Shown piece after piece: positions 50,772-60,038 of a stretch of DNA of 64,000 nucleotides. The DNA is taken from contig JBQTGT010000010.1 in assembly GCA_052390615.1 (NCBI GenBank), positions 4,639-68,638 on the forward strand, read 5' to 3'. The notes below the pieces were generated by a model, which saw only the letters and a program-made list of their open reading frames with translations, was not told the DNA's origin and did not search any database. Source of the stretch: Actinomycetota bacterium (GTDB taxonomy: Bacteria; Actinomycetota; Acidimicrobiia; IMCC26256; PALSA-610). The first letter of the stretch is position 1, and each line of letters begins with the position of its first letter. Made by a program: the position numbers and the translations under genes.

Positions 50772-51694
50772 TGCGCGTCGCGACAGATCGTGTTCGCGCT
50801 GCCGATCTCCGTGCGGTCGATCGTGTAGTAGGTGCCGTCGGGGCAGGTGACCGCCGAGCTCAAGTGGCTGAACACACCTTCGGGGCTCTCGTAACCGGGC
50901 ACCACCCACACGTGCAGCAAGTAACCGGTCTGTTGGATGAGGCTGCCGCCGACCGCGGTGCAATCAGCGGGATCGACGTCACGATCGGCGCCGAGCGGCG
51001 TGTCGATGCCGTCGGGTCCCGTCACGATGCAGATGTTCGAGTGCTTGTGCCACGTGTCGTTCGGGCCCGCGAATCCCTCGGGCGCTTCCGACCCGTTCCC
51101 CGAATAGAACAACCCGGCGATGCGAGAACCCGACTCGACGCCGTCGTAAATGTACGCGAGCGGCGCGCGGATGTCGTCGTCGTTCCACACGTCGTCGCCG
51201 CCACCGAACGACGCGGCCGCGTTCCCGAAGTTGATGTAGTGCGCGCCCAGACCGGGTGAGAACGGTCCCGCGCGCCGGTATCCGGCGGCTTCGGCGTCGG
51301 CGACCGTCGGGTACTGCAACGCGACGTCGCGCGCGAGGGCGAGCTGGCGCGCCAGCTCGGTACGCGTCGCCGAGTCGAGCGGCTGGGTGAACGAATGGCC
51401 GTGCTGCTCACCGTTCTCGAGCTCGCTGAACCCGCGGTCGTCGACCTCCTCGTGCGTGGCGGCGTCATCGTGCGCGCCGGCATCGTGGGCGGCGGGATCG
51501 TCGAGAGACGCCACCGCGCCGGCGACGTCGACCTCGGTGCCCGGAGTCGGCGCGGCATCGACCGCTTCGACCCGGCCGCCCTCGTCGTCGTCATCCATCG
51601 CGCGCCCGAGCGCGTACATGCCGAAGACGACCGCCAACGCCGCCAGGATCGCGACGAACACCTCGAATGCGGTTCGGCCTCCTCGTGCGTCCAC
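50768..51694 (-). CDS. Membrane-anchored extracytoplasmic hypothetical protein (acidic/His-rich linker)
   Basis: It has an N-terminal TM (FVAILAALAVVFGMYAL), then an Asp/His-rich linker, then a ~200-aa Cys-containing domain. I do not recognise any family. Confidence 0.65.
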   Translation of the reverse strand: MDARGGRTAFEVFVAILAALAVVFGMYALGRAMDDDDEGGRVEAVDAAPTPGTEVDVAGAVASLDDPAAHDAGAHDDAATHEEVDDRGFSELENGEQHGHSFTQPLDSATRTELARQLALARDVALQYPTVADAEAAGYRRAGPFSPGLGAHYINFGNAAASFGGGDDVWNDDDIRAPLAYIYDGVESGSRIAGLFYSGNGSEAPEGFAGPNDTWHKHSNICIVTGPDGIDTPLGADRDVDPADCTAVGGSLIQQTGYLLHVWVVPGYESPEGVFSHLSSAVTCPDGTYYTIDRTEIGSANTICRDAQ

Positions 51695-51713
51695 GGATCC
51701 CCCTCTTGCACCG

Positions 51714-52961
51714 TCAACGGTTGACGAGCAGCTCGTTGAACGGAGTCTCGCGCGCCGGGCCCGGCTCCTTGGGCAGACCGAGAACGCGCTCGCCCAGGAT
51801 GTTGCGCTGCACCTGGTCGGTGCCGCCGTAGATCGACGGACCGGGCGAGAACAGCGTAACTTCCTGCACCAGTCCCCCGCCGAGCGTGTCCTTGCCTACG
51901 ACCATGCCGTCCGCACCGATGATCTCGTTGCCGACCTCACGCTGCAGACGCAGCAGGTCACTCATCATCAGCTTGGCGATGTTCGCCTCGCCGCCGGTGC
52001 GCTGGCCGGCACTCTTGGCCCGCATCGCCGACATCCGCCCGATCTCCTGGAGCGAGTACAGGCGCGCGAGCTTCTGGCGAATGACGGGCTCGCGGTTGCG
52101 CCGCGCTGTTTGCGCCAGACCGATGAGCCCCGGCGCGGCCGCGCGGCCGCCGCCACCAGTGCCACCCGTACGGACCTGACCGACGCGGTCGCCGGCGCGG
52201 TTGTTCAGCTGACCAGCGAGCGGACCGGCGAACGCGTTCCCAACCGCGCCCGACCCGCCGGTACCGAGCCCGGCGCGCTCGGCCATCAGTGTGGTGTTCG
52301 TCGCAGCCCACCCGTTGTTGAGTCCGCCGATGATGTCGTCGTCGTGGACCCGCGCGCCGTCGATGAAGACCTCGTTGAACATCGCGCGGCCGGTCATCTC
52401 GCGCAGCGGTCGCACTTCGACGCCGGGCTGCGTCATGTCGAACTTGAAGTAGGTGATGCCCTTGTGCTTCGGCAGCGCGCCATCCGTGCGTGCGATCAGC
52501 ATGCCGCGGTTGCACAGCTGCGCGGTCGAGGTCCACACCTTTTGGCCGGTTACGATCCACTCGTCGCCGTCCTTGACGGCTCTGGTGGTGAGGCTGGCGA
52601 GGTCGGAGCCGGCGCCCGGCTCCGAGAACAGCTGGCACCACGCGTCCTGGCCGTTCAGGATGCGGAGCAGGTCCTCGCGCTTTTGCCGAACGTTGCCGTG
52701 CGCCACGATCGTCGGCGCGGCCAGCAGGTACCCGAGACCTGCGGGCGGGCCGATCGCGCCGTGTTCCTTGATGGCGCTGGTGACGACCATCGCGAGGTCG
52801 CGCCCCCACCCCTTGCCCCAGGAGTCCTCGGGGAACGTCGGCGCCGCGTAGCCCGAGCGTGCGAGCACGTCCCACCACTCCCCGACCGTGAGATCAGGAT
52901 TCCAGTTCTCTTCGAGCCACGCCTTGACCTCGGCGCGCACGTCTTCGGCGGTTGGCGTCAT
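51714..52961 (-). CDS. Acyl-CoA dehydrogenase family protein
   Basis: Contains WCQLFSEPGAGSDLASL, GQKVWTS and a C-terminal IYGGTDQVQRNILGERVLGLP. Start ATG at 52959-52961. Confidence 0.85.
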   Translation of the reverse strand: MTPTAEDVRAEVKAWLEENWNPDLTVGEWWDVLARSGYAAPTFPEDSWGKGWGRDLAMVVTSAIKEHGAIGPPAGLGYLLAAPTIVAHGNVRQKREDLLRILNGQDAWCQLFSEPGAGSDLASLTTRAVKDGDEWIVTGQKVWTSTAQLCNRGMLIARTDGALPKHKGITYFKFDMTQPGVEVRPLREMTGRAMFNEVFIDGARVHDDDIIGGLNNGWAATNTTLMAERAGLGTGGSGAVGNAFAGPLAGQLNNRAGDRVGQVRTGGTGGGGRAAAPGLIGLAQTARRNREPVIRQKLARLYSLQEIGRMSAMRAKSAGQRTGGEANIAKLMMSDLLRLQREVGNEIIGADGMVVGKDTLGGGLVQEVTLFSPGPSIYGGTDQVQRNILGERVLGLPKEPGPARETPFNELLVNR

Positions 52962-52983
52962 ACGCGGATCGTACCCGCACGGT

Positions 52984-53469
52984 TTAGCGCCGTTCGATGC
53001 GCTGATCCCCACGATCGGCGTGCCACGACTCGACGACCAAATGGTCAGGCGGGTCGCCCAGCGTCGTCAGCACCAGCTCGGTCACGTCCAACCGGAAGAG
53101 ATGCATCGGCTCCGGCGGCTCTTCTCCCGCCTGCTCTCCGTACGCCGCCGCCCACTGTTGCTTGGCGTCGTCGCTCATCTCGATCGCGCGGCCCGAGATC
53201 TTGGCGTCTCCGCTCGCCATCTCTGGGTCGGCTGTCGCGCTGTGCAGTGAGAAGCGCGGGTCGCGCTGGAGATCGCGTGCCTTACGCGCGTTCCACATCG
53301 ACCCGCACCACGCCTCACCGTCACGAAAATCGACTTCGGTCCCGCTGATCCGTGGCGAGCCGTCGGCGCGCAGCGTCGCCAGTGTCTTGTGCTTGTGGGC
53401 GTCGAAAACCGCGCGTACGCGCGCCGCGAGGTCGGGTGTGAGCCGCTCGACCTCGTCCCACGACGCCAT
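52984..53469 (-). CDS. Pyridoxamine 5'-phosphate oxidase-like / F420-binding split-barrel protein
   Basis: HKTLATLRADGSPRISGTEVDF and FSLHSA are typical of PNPOx-like proteins. The start overlaps the upstream stop by 1 nt. Confidence 0.7.
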   Translation of the reverse strand: MASWDEVERLTPDLAARVRAVFDAHKHKTLATLRADGSPRISGTEVDFRDGEAWCGSMWNARKARDLQRDPRFSLHSATADPEMASGDAKISGRAIEMSDDAKQQWAAAYGEQAGEEPPEPMHLFRLDVTELVLTTLGDPPDHLVVESWHADRGDQRIERR

Positions 53470-53828
53470 CAGTCGAGCAGTTCCAGCACGCGTTCCGACG
53501 GCCGCGCGATCACCGCGCGCGCACCGACGAACACGACCGGCCGCTCCATGACTTCCGGGTGTTCGCGCAAGACCTTGATCACTTGCGCGCGCGTCGCCAC
53601 GTCGGCCTTCGTGAGGCCGGCGTCCTTGAACTTGGCGTCGCCGGTGCGCACCAGCGCCGCCGGTTCGTCCTCGATCGCGTCGAGGATGCGTTCGAGCGTC
53701 GCCCGATCGGGCGGCGTATCGAGATAGCGCACGACGTTCGCGTCGACACCGCGCTCGTGCAAGATCGCGAGCGCGCCGCGCGACTTCGAGCACGACGGAT
53801 TGTGGAAGATCTCGACGGGTTTGGCCAT
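53469..53828 (-). CDS. ArsC/Spx/YffB family thioredoxin-fold reductase
   Basis: Contains IFHNPSCSKSRGAL (N-terminal Cys motif) and ERPVVF, in 119 aa. Confidence 0.85.
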   Translation of the reverse strand: MAKPVEIFHNPSCSKSRGALAILHERGVDANVVRYLDTPPDRATLERILDAIEDEPAALVRTGDAKFKDAGLTKADVATRAQVIKVLREHPEVMERPVVFVGARAVIARPSERVLELLD

Positions 53829-53832
53829 ACTC

Positions 53833-54612
53833 CTAGGACGCTATCGCCGCCGCGAGCAGCTGCATGTAGCGGCGACGCGGGATTTCGATTGCCCCGAGCG
53901 AAGACAGGTGCGGCGTCGTCCATTGCACGTCGAACACGGCCGCGCTGTCGAGCCGCAGCAGGTCGCACGTCGCGCGCAGCGCCACCTTCGACGCGTCGGT
54001 CTGGCGGTGGAACATCGACTCGCCGGCGAACAGCCCGCCGATCCGCACGCCGTAAAGGCCGCCGACCAGCGTGGCGTCGCGCCACGTCTCGACGCTGTGC
54101 GCCCACCCGAGCGCGTGCAGCTCGCAGTACGCGGCGATGAAGGCGTCGTCGATCCAACCGTGGGGACGGGCCAGGTCCGCGCAGGCCCGCATCACCGCCT
54201 CGAACGAGGAGTTGATGCGTATCTCGAAACGCCCGATCGCCCGCCGCAGCGACTGGTGGGTCCGAAAGCCGTCGAGCGGCAGCACGCCGCGGGGATCGGG
54301 CGACCACCATCCCAGCCGGCGGCCGACGTTCATCGGAAACAGCCCGCGGCGGTACGCGGCGAGCAGCGTCCCGGGGGCGAGGTCGCCGCCGACCGCGACC
54401 AGGCCGTGCTCGTCCGCCCGGTCGCGGTCGGGCAGCTCGTAGCGGCTCGGGTCGGGTTCCCGGGGCGGCGGCACGGCTCGATGTTGACATCCGGCCTCGC
54501 CGCCCGCATTCGCGATCGCGGCGCTGTTCATCGGGATCGAGTTGTTGCACAGTTTGGATCCCGCACGCGGGTCGGCACCGCCATTGTTCAGGACGTTCGA
54601 AGCGCTCGCCAA
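53833..54612 (-). CDS. aat: Leucyl/phenylalanyl-tRNA--protein transferase
   Basis: Contains LLAAYRRGLFPM, WWSPDPRGVL, HSVETW, GGLYGVRIGGLFAGESMF and DVQWTTPHL. The start may instead be the ATG at 54531. Confidence 0.8.
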   Translation of the reverse strand: MASASNVLNNGGADPRAGSKLCNNSIPMNSAAIANAGGEAGCQHRAVPPPREPDPSRYELPDRDRADEHGLVAVGGDLAPGTLLAAYRRGLFPMNVGRRLGWWSPDPRGVLPLDGFRTHQSLRRAIGRFEIRINSSFEAVMRACADLARPHGWIDDAFIAAYCELHALGWAHSVETWRDATLVGGLYGVRIGGLFAGESMFHRQTDASKVALRATCDLLRLDSAAVFDVQWTTPHLSSLGAIEIPRRRYMQLLAAAIAS

Positions 54613-54639
54613 CGTCGTCGAAGTATTGATCCGGCCCAG

Positions 54640-55848
54640 CTAAGCGAGCAGCTCGCGCGCGATCTGTCCGATCTGGATCTCGTCGGTGCCCGCGTAGATC
54701 TGCAGCACCTTGGCGTCGCGTGCGAGCTGCTCGACCTCGTATTCGGCCATGTAGCCGTTGCCACCGAACAGCTGCACCGCCTCCAGCGCCACCTCTGTCG
54801 CCGCGCCCGCCGCGTACAGCTTCATCGCGGAGGCCTGCGACAGGCTCATGGGATTGCCGTCTCGCGACGACTCCAGGTGCCGGAACACCAGGTTCTCGAC
54901 GTTCAGCCGCGCGACCTCCATCTTCGCGAGCTTCAGCTGGATGAGTTGGAACTCGCCGATCGGCCGTCCGAATTGCACCCGCTCCTTGGCATAGGGGATG
55001 CACAGCTCCATGCAGCGTTCGATGATCCCGAGCGCCATCGCGGCGACACCCGAACGCTCGATGACGAATGTTGCCTTCGATGCCTCGCGTCCGGCGCGAC
55101 CGCCGTAGGACTCCTCACTCTCGCCGAGAAGTCGGTCGCGTCCAACGCGCACATCGTCGACGAACAGCATCCCGGTGGGCGACGAGTGCAGCCCCATCTT
55201 GCGCAATGGTTTCGACTGCTCGAGCCCGGGCAGGCCGGAATCGAGGACGAACTGCACGACCTTGCGGTCTTGCGGCGCGTTCCCTTCGTCGAGCTTGCAG
55301 ATGAACACGATCGTGTCGGCGTACGGACCGTTGGTGATGAACGTCTTCGAGCCCTTCAACACGTATTCGTCGCCATCGCGGCGCGCGGTCGACTGCATCG
55401 CGCCGAACGCGTCGCTCCCCGAGCTCGGCTCGGTGATCGCCCACGCGCCGATCTTGTCGAGTGTCATCAGGTCGAGCGCCCACCGCTCCTTTTGCTCGAT
55501 CGTGCCCTTCGACATGATCGCGGCGGCCGTGAGCCCAACCGACACACCCATCGCCGTGACCATGCCGACCGAACAGCGCGACAGCTCGATGATCGGGATC
55601 AGCGCGAGACCGCTATTTCCCCCGCCGCTCGATTCGCGCACCGTGCCGTTCCGTTCGGCTTCGACCCGGCGTTTGAACGAATCGCGCTGGATCGCGTCGA
55701 GCCCAAAAGTCGTGTACATCTTGCGCAACAGGTCGTACGGCGGGAGGTCTCCGAACTCGAGCTCCTCGCGGCGGGGGCGCACCTCGTTCTCCACGAACTG
55801 GCGCACCGCGTCCCGCATCATCTGCATTTCTTCCGGCCATTCGTACAT
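54640..55848 (-). CDS. Acyl-CoA dehydrogenase
   Basis: Contains WAITEPSSGSDA, GSKTFITNG, QLFGGNGY and QIYAGTDEIQ. Confidence 0.9.
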   Translation of the reverse strand: MYEWPEEMQMMRDAVRQFVENEVRPRREELEFGDLPPYDLLRKMYTTFGLDAIQRDSFKRRVEAERNGTVRESSGGGNSGLALIPIIELSRCSVGMVTAMGVSVGLTAAAIMSKGTIEQKERWALDLMTLDKIGAWAITEPSSGSDAFGAMQSTARRDGDEYVLKGSKTFITNGPYADTIVFICKLDEGNAPQDRKVVQFVLDSGLPGLEQSKPLRKMGLHSSPTGMLFVDDVRVGRDRLLGESEESYGGRAGREASKATFVIERSGVAAMALGIIERCMELCIPYAKERVQFGRPIGEFQLIQLKLAKMEVARLNVENLVFRHLESSRDGNPMSLSQASAMKLYAAGAATEVALEAVQLFGGNGYMAEYEVEQLARDAKVLQIYAGTDEIQIGQIARELLA

Positions 55849-55965
55849 GACCGGAAGCCTAGGTCACGCTGCGCGCGAAGCCCGTGAACGCCGCCGATTC
55901 GTGTTCAGGGTCGGGGCGGAGTGCGCCGATGACCTACCGCGACGCTTACGGATGGGTCGTCAGGG

Positions 55966-56406
55966 GTGCCAGTCATGGAAGCCGGGAGCAACATCGTGCG
56001 CCGCGCGTTGCCAATCGACGCGCCGCTGCTGAGCGCGGTAGTGTTGCGCATGCGCCGCGACGCGGCGGGTCGTCAGGCGCGATGGTCACTCGGCGACCGC
56101 GGTGCGATGGAGCTCGACGTGCACTTCTCGCCCGTACCGGGCTCGCCCGCCGTGCTCGGGCGCGCGTGGACCACGACGGGGCGGCTCTGGGATCCCGACC
56201 AGCTCGCGATGGCGACCGTGATCGTTGAACTCGAGGCGCGAGCAGCCGATGAGTGTGAGCTCTGGTTGGCGCCGGCCGATGCGCTCTCGCCGTGGTGGCA
56301 GGAGCGGACCGAGGCATTCGACATCCTCGCGAAGGCGGCCGTCGAAGAGCTCGGCGAGGAGCTCTTATGGCACGCGAGCCGCGTCGACATCTCGCAATCG
56401 AGCTGA
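55966..56406 (+). CDS. Hypothetical protein (paralog of the next gene)
   Basis: GC3 is about 82%. It shares VELEARAADECELWLAP...SPWW with the IELELAPWSDHECELVVRP...SPHRW of the following ORF. Confidence 0.55.
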   Translation: MPVMEAGSNIVRRALPIDAPLLSAVVLRMRRDAAGRQARWSLGDRGAMELDVHFSPVPGSPAVLGRAWTTTGRLWDPDQLAMATVIVELEARAADECELWLAPADALSPWWQERTEAFDILAKAAVEELGEELLWHASRVDISQSS

Positions 56407-56491
56407 ACCGACACCTCGTCAGCCAACCGCAATGACAGCTTCACCCAGATGTCGCGGACACGCCGCGGCACCGAAACACGAGAAGACGAGC

Positions 56492-56947
56492 ATGACCCTG
56501 ATGAACGACGCGCAATTCAACGAGCTGCTCGCCGACCGCGGCCAGCTGTCCGCGGCGCGCCGACTCCCACTCTCGCTCATGGCTGCGATCGCAGCCGCGG
56601 CGGGCGCACCGCTCCCGGGGGTGCACGTCGACGGGCCGTGGCGCCGAGACCCGACCGGGCTGTTCGGCCGCAGCGACCTCGCGCCCGCGCGCGTGGCGGC
56701 ACGGCTCACGACGCGACGCCCGACTCCGATCGAGTTGGAGTTGGCGCCCTGGTCGGATCACGAGTGCGAGCTCGTCGTCCGGCCCCCTTCTCGATCGCCC
56801 CACCGATGGAGCGCTCGCCGGCGCACGCGTTGGTATGCCGATGCGCACGCGGTTGCCGACGTGCTGCGCCAACACTTCGTCGCCCGTTCGCATCCGCAGC
56901 CGCTCCTCGCGATGCAAGTCACAGCACGCGACCGACGGGCGGGCTGA
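56492..56947 (+). CDS. Hypothetical protein (paralog of the previous gene)
   Basis: ATG at 56492 and GC3 about 80%. This is the real part of ORF 56225..56947. Confidence 0.55.
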   Translation: MTLMNDAQFNELLADRGQLSAARRLPLSLMAAIAAAAGAPLPGVHVDGPWRRDPTGLFGRSDLAPARVAARLTTRRPTPIELELAPWSDHECELVVRPPSRSPHRWSARRRTRWYADAHAVADVLRQHFVARSHPQPLLAMQVTARDRRAG

Positions 56948-57036
56948 GCGCGCCAACACGGCGATCGTTCACACGTGCGCCGGGTCGTCCACACCCCCCG
57001 GTGAACGGCCCGGCCGCACGTGATCTCACAAGGGGG

Positions 57037-57666
57037 CTAGTCCTCCAGCCACCCACACCTACGGAGCACGGTCAGCGCGCGATCGCGCCGGCCCAGCTCG
57101 ACGTACGCGTAAGTCCGAGTGTCGTCGCCCAGTCGCAGATACACCTTGCGCATCGTCTGCTCGCCGTCGACCGTCGCGCCGCGATCGCGCCGCAGCCGAA
57201 TCGCGGGCCGCCCCGCGACACTGAGACCGAGCTCGTCGGCGCCGATGTCGAAGAACGCGCGCACGGGCCGGCCATCGCTGTCGGTTCGGGCCCGGCAGCG
57301 GAACGATCCCGCCGAGCTTGCGATCCCGCTCACCCAACCCATCGTGCGCAGAACCGCGACCGCGGTCGTGCGCGGCGCAAGCACCATCCGGCCGACGCGG
57401 CCGTCGCGATCGCGCAGCGTGAGGTCGATGCAGGCTCGCCGATCCCTGACCACGACTTCACCGGCCGCGGCGCGGCGGGTTTCCGCGATTACGCCGACGC
57501 CGGTGCGGTGTACGAGCAGGGCGTCGCCAACGGAGTACAAGGTCACCCGGTACCACATCGGGTCCGAGGAGAAGCGCCCGAGACCGGACCATCCCGCGGG
57601 CGTGCCAGCACCAGCGGCCGAGGCGCGCACCGACGCCGCCTCCATGCGTTCCCCCACGCGATCCAT
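57037..57666 (-). CDS. Hypothetical protein
   Basis: ATG at 57664-57666 and GC3 about 83%. It is beta-rich (WYRVTLYSVGDALLVHR, KVYLRLGDDTRTYAYVELG). No family recognised. Confidence 0.55.
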   Translation of the reverse strand: MDRVGERMEAASVRASAAGAGTPAGWSGLGRFSSDPMWYRVTLYSVGDALLVHRTGVGVIAETRRAAAGEVVVRDRRACIDLTLRDRDGRVGRMVLAPRTTAVAVLRTMGWVSGIASSAGSFRCRARTDSDGRPVRAFFDIGADELGLSVAGRPAIRLRRDRGATVDGEQTMRKVYLRLGDDTRTYAYVELGRRDRALTVLRRCGWLED

Positions 57667-57824
57667 CGGTGTCCGAGGGTAGTCATTCGAGGGTGCGCTG
57701 TCACGCTCCGTGTCAAAAGGAAGGCAGCTCGTCCGGGAAACGGCCTGGGATCCTGCACGCACCGCCTCGCCCGTCGATGAGGACATGCGGGCATCGGGCG
57801 GGGTCACCGAGGGGCTGCAATCAC

Positions 57825-58520
57825 ATGGACGACCGCACAGTTCGCGACGACCGTCTCGCCAGACGAGGTCGCAGCATTCGAACGACCGCGGCCAGTGTCG
57901 CGGCGGTACCGATCCTGTTGTTGCTCTTCGCACTGGCCGACTCTCCACCCGGCAACGCGCCGGCGATTCGCGTGCACAGCTTCTCCGCGGAAGCGAGCGC
58001 GCGCGCGGCGCGCGGCCAGACGTTCGCAACCGCGCCGACGGCGCCACCCACGACCGCACCGGCTCCCCCCGCGCTCGAGCCCGTCAACGTGCGCCGAGTC
58101 CCCGGCCCGCCCGCCGACGTTCCCGTCGTCGCAGGGGCGATCGTGCCGGCGGTCGCCGTCGACCCGCCGCCCCCGCCGCCGATTCCGCCCTTCGCGCTCA
58201 CGCTCGACGGTGCGTTTGCACTCGATCCCGGTCAAATCAAGGGTCGTCACTACCCCGTCGCCGCTGGGAACGCGCCGCACATTGTCTGGTCGATCGAGGC
58301 GGCCGCGAACGTGACGCTCACCGGGCCCGGCGTCGCAACGACGGCGAGGTCGGGCGACATCGTTCCCTGCCCGGGCGAGCTCAACATCGAACGGCAGCGA
58401 TGCAAGCCCGAGCGCGGCAACCACGTGTACACGCTCACTGCAACCGACGAGTACGGCCGCTCGGTGACAGGCACATTGACGCTGTCGATCGGCGTCGAGT
58501 ACTGGCCCGAGACTGCGTAG
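57825..58520 (+). CDS. Membrane-anchored Pro-rich hypothetical protein with a C-terminal beta domain
   Basis: ATG at 57825. It has a TM helix (VAAVPILLLLFALA), PPPPPPIPP tracts, and a C-terminus ending YTLTATDEYGRSVTGTLTLSI (Ig-like feel). Confidence 0.55.
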   Translation: MDDRTVRDDRLARRGRSIRTTAASVAAVPILLLLFALADSPPGNAPAIRVHSFSAEASARAARGQTFATAPTAPPTTAPAPPALEPVNVRRVPGPPADVPVVAGAIVPAVAVDPPPPPPIPPFALTLDGAFALDPGQIKGRHYPVAAGNAPHIVWSIEAAANVTLTGPGVATTARSGDIVPCPGELNIERQRCKPERGNHVYTLTATDEYGRSVTGTLTLSIGVEYWPETA

Positions 58521-58523
58521 CTT

Positions 58524-59987
58524 CTAACGCATCGGGACAGCGTCGGGGGTGATGGGCGCGGGGAGCATCGTGTCGCCCATCAAGAATCGGTCGGCGGCCG
58601 CGGCGGCGGACCGACCTTCGGCAATCGCCCACACGATCAGGCTCTGCCCGCGACCCATGTCGCCGCACACGAATACGTTATCGAGGTTGGTGCGAAACTC
58701 CCCGTCACGCTGAACGTTCCCGCGTTCGTTGATCTCGACGCCGAGCTGTTCGAGCAGACCGGCGCGCTGCGGGCCGACGAAACCCATCGCGAGCAGCACC
58801 AACTCGCAGGGCAGCTCGAAGTCGGTGTCATCGATGCGCTCGAACGTCATACGACCGTCCACAAGTTTCTGTTCGACCTCGTGGGCGCGCAACGCTCGGA
58901 GCTTGGCGTCGTCGTCTCCGAGGAAGCATTCGGTGTTGACCGCGTAAACACGCTCGACGCCCTCTTCGTGCGCGGACGCGACGCGGTAGATCATCGGGTA
59001 CGTCGGCCACGGTTGTGAGTCGGGACGCTCGTCGGGCGGGCGGGGCAGGATCTCGAACTGGTGCACGCTCACCGCACCTTGGCGGATCGACGTGCCGAGG
59101 CAGTCGGCGCCGGTGTCGCCGCCACCGATGATGACGACGCGCTTGTCCTTGGCGGTGATCGGCGCTTCGGCGAGGTCGCCCTGTTGCACCTTGTTCGCCC
59201 ACGGCAGGTATTCCATCGCCTGATAGATGCCGTCGAGCTCGCGGCCGGGCACGGGGAGGTCGCGCCACGCGGTGGCGCCGCCGGCCAGCACCACTGCGTC
59301 GTACTCCTCGAGCTCGGCGACCGGGACGTTCGCGCCGACGTTCGCGCTCGTACGAAACTCAGTGCCCTCCGCCTCCATCTGCGCGATGCGACGATCGACG
59401 TGGCGCTTCTCCATCTTGAACTCGGGGATGCCGTACCGCAGCAGCCCGCCGATGCGATCGGCGCGCTCGTAACAGACGACCGCGTGGCCGGCGCGCGTGA
59501 GTTGTTGCGCGGCCGCAAGCCCGGCCGGGCCCGAGCCGACGACGGCGACGCGCTTGCCAGTCGCGTGCGTTGCCAGGACCGGCGTGACCCAGCCCTCTTC
59601 GAAGGCGCGGTCGACGATCTCGACCTCGATCTGTTTGATCGTCACCGGCGGCTCGTTGATGCCGAGCACGCACGCGGCCTCGCACGGAGCAGGGCACAGT
59701 CGACCCGTGAACTCCGGGAAGTTGTTCGTCGCGTGCAGCCGTTCGCTCGCGGCGAGCCACTGGTCGCGGTACACGAGGTCGTTCCATTCGGGAATCAAGT
59801 TCCCGAGCGGACAACCCGTGTGACAGAACGGGATCCCGCAGTCCATGCACCGGGCGCCCTGCGTCCGCACCTTGTCGGGCGGGAAGTCCTCGTAGACCTC
59901 CTGCCAGTCGAGTACCCGCACCGGGATCGGGCGCCGTTTCGGCAGCTCCCGGTCGTACTTCATGAAACCCGTCGTCTCACCCATCAT
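58524..59987 (-). CDS. gltD: Glutamate synthase (NADPH) small subunit
   Basis: Contains CMDCGIPFC, CPLGNLIPEWN, VAVVGSGPAGLAAA and VIGGGDTGADC. Confidence 0.9.
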   Translation of the reverse strand: MMGETTGFMKYDRELPKRRPIPVRVLDWQEVYEDFPPDKVRTQGARCMDCGIPFCHTGCPLGNLIPEWNDLVYRDQWLAASERLHATNNFPEFTGRLCPAPCEAACVLGINEPPVTIKQIEVEIVDRAFEEGWVTPVLATHATGKRVAVVGSGPAGLAAAQQLTRAGHAVVCYERADRIGGLLRYGIPEFKMEKRHVDRRIAQMEAEGTEFRTSANVGANVPVAELEEYDAVVLAGGATAWRDLPVPGRELDGIYQAMEYLPWANKVQQGDLAEAPITAKDKRVVIIGGGDTGADCLGTSIRQGAVSVHQFEILPRPPDERPDSQPWPTYPMIYRVASAHEEGVERVYAVNTECFLGDDDAKLRALRAHEVEQKLVDGRMTFERIDDTDFELPCELVLLAMGFVGPQRAGLLEQLGVEINERGNVQRDGEFRTNLDNVFVCGDMGRGQSLIVWAIAEGRSAAAAADRFLMGDTMLPAPITPDAVPMR

Positions 59988-60001
59988 TCCTGCTCTGGCG
60001 G

Positions 60002-60029
60002 GCGTCGATAGACCCCGAATTCTTAGGGC
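60002..60029. repeat. Second copy of the 29-nt intergenic element seen at 6780-6808
   Basis: GCGTCGATAGACCCCGAATTCTTAGGGC compared with GCGTCGATAGACCCGAAGAACTTAGGGGC. The first 14 nt are identical and the CTTAGGG core is shared. It lies between the gltB stop and the gltD start. Confidence 0.6.
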
Positions 60030-60038
60030 CTCCCGCGA

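Noticed and set aside
53829-53848. CCTAGGACGCTATCGCCGC resembles the right arm (CTTAGGGGCTATCGACGC) of the dispersed element at 6780.
   Set aside because: It lies almost entirely inside the aat coding sequence (the ...AAAIAS stop). It lacks the GCGTCGATAGACCC half. Probably coincidence.
53800-55887. A 695-aa plus-strand ORF antisense to aat and the acyl-CoA dehydrogenase.
   Set aside because: It has no recognisable motifs and an Arg/His/Leu-rich composition. The minus strand encodes well-supported genes.
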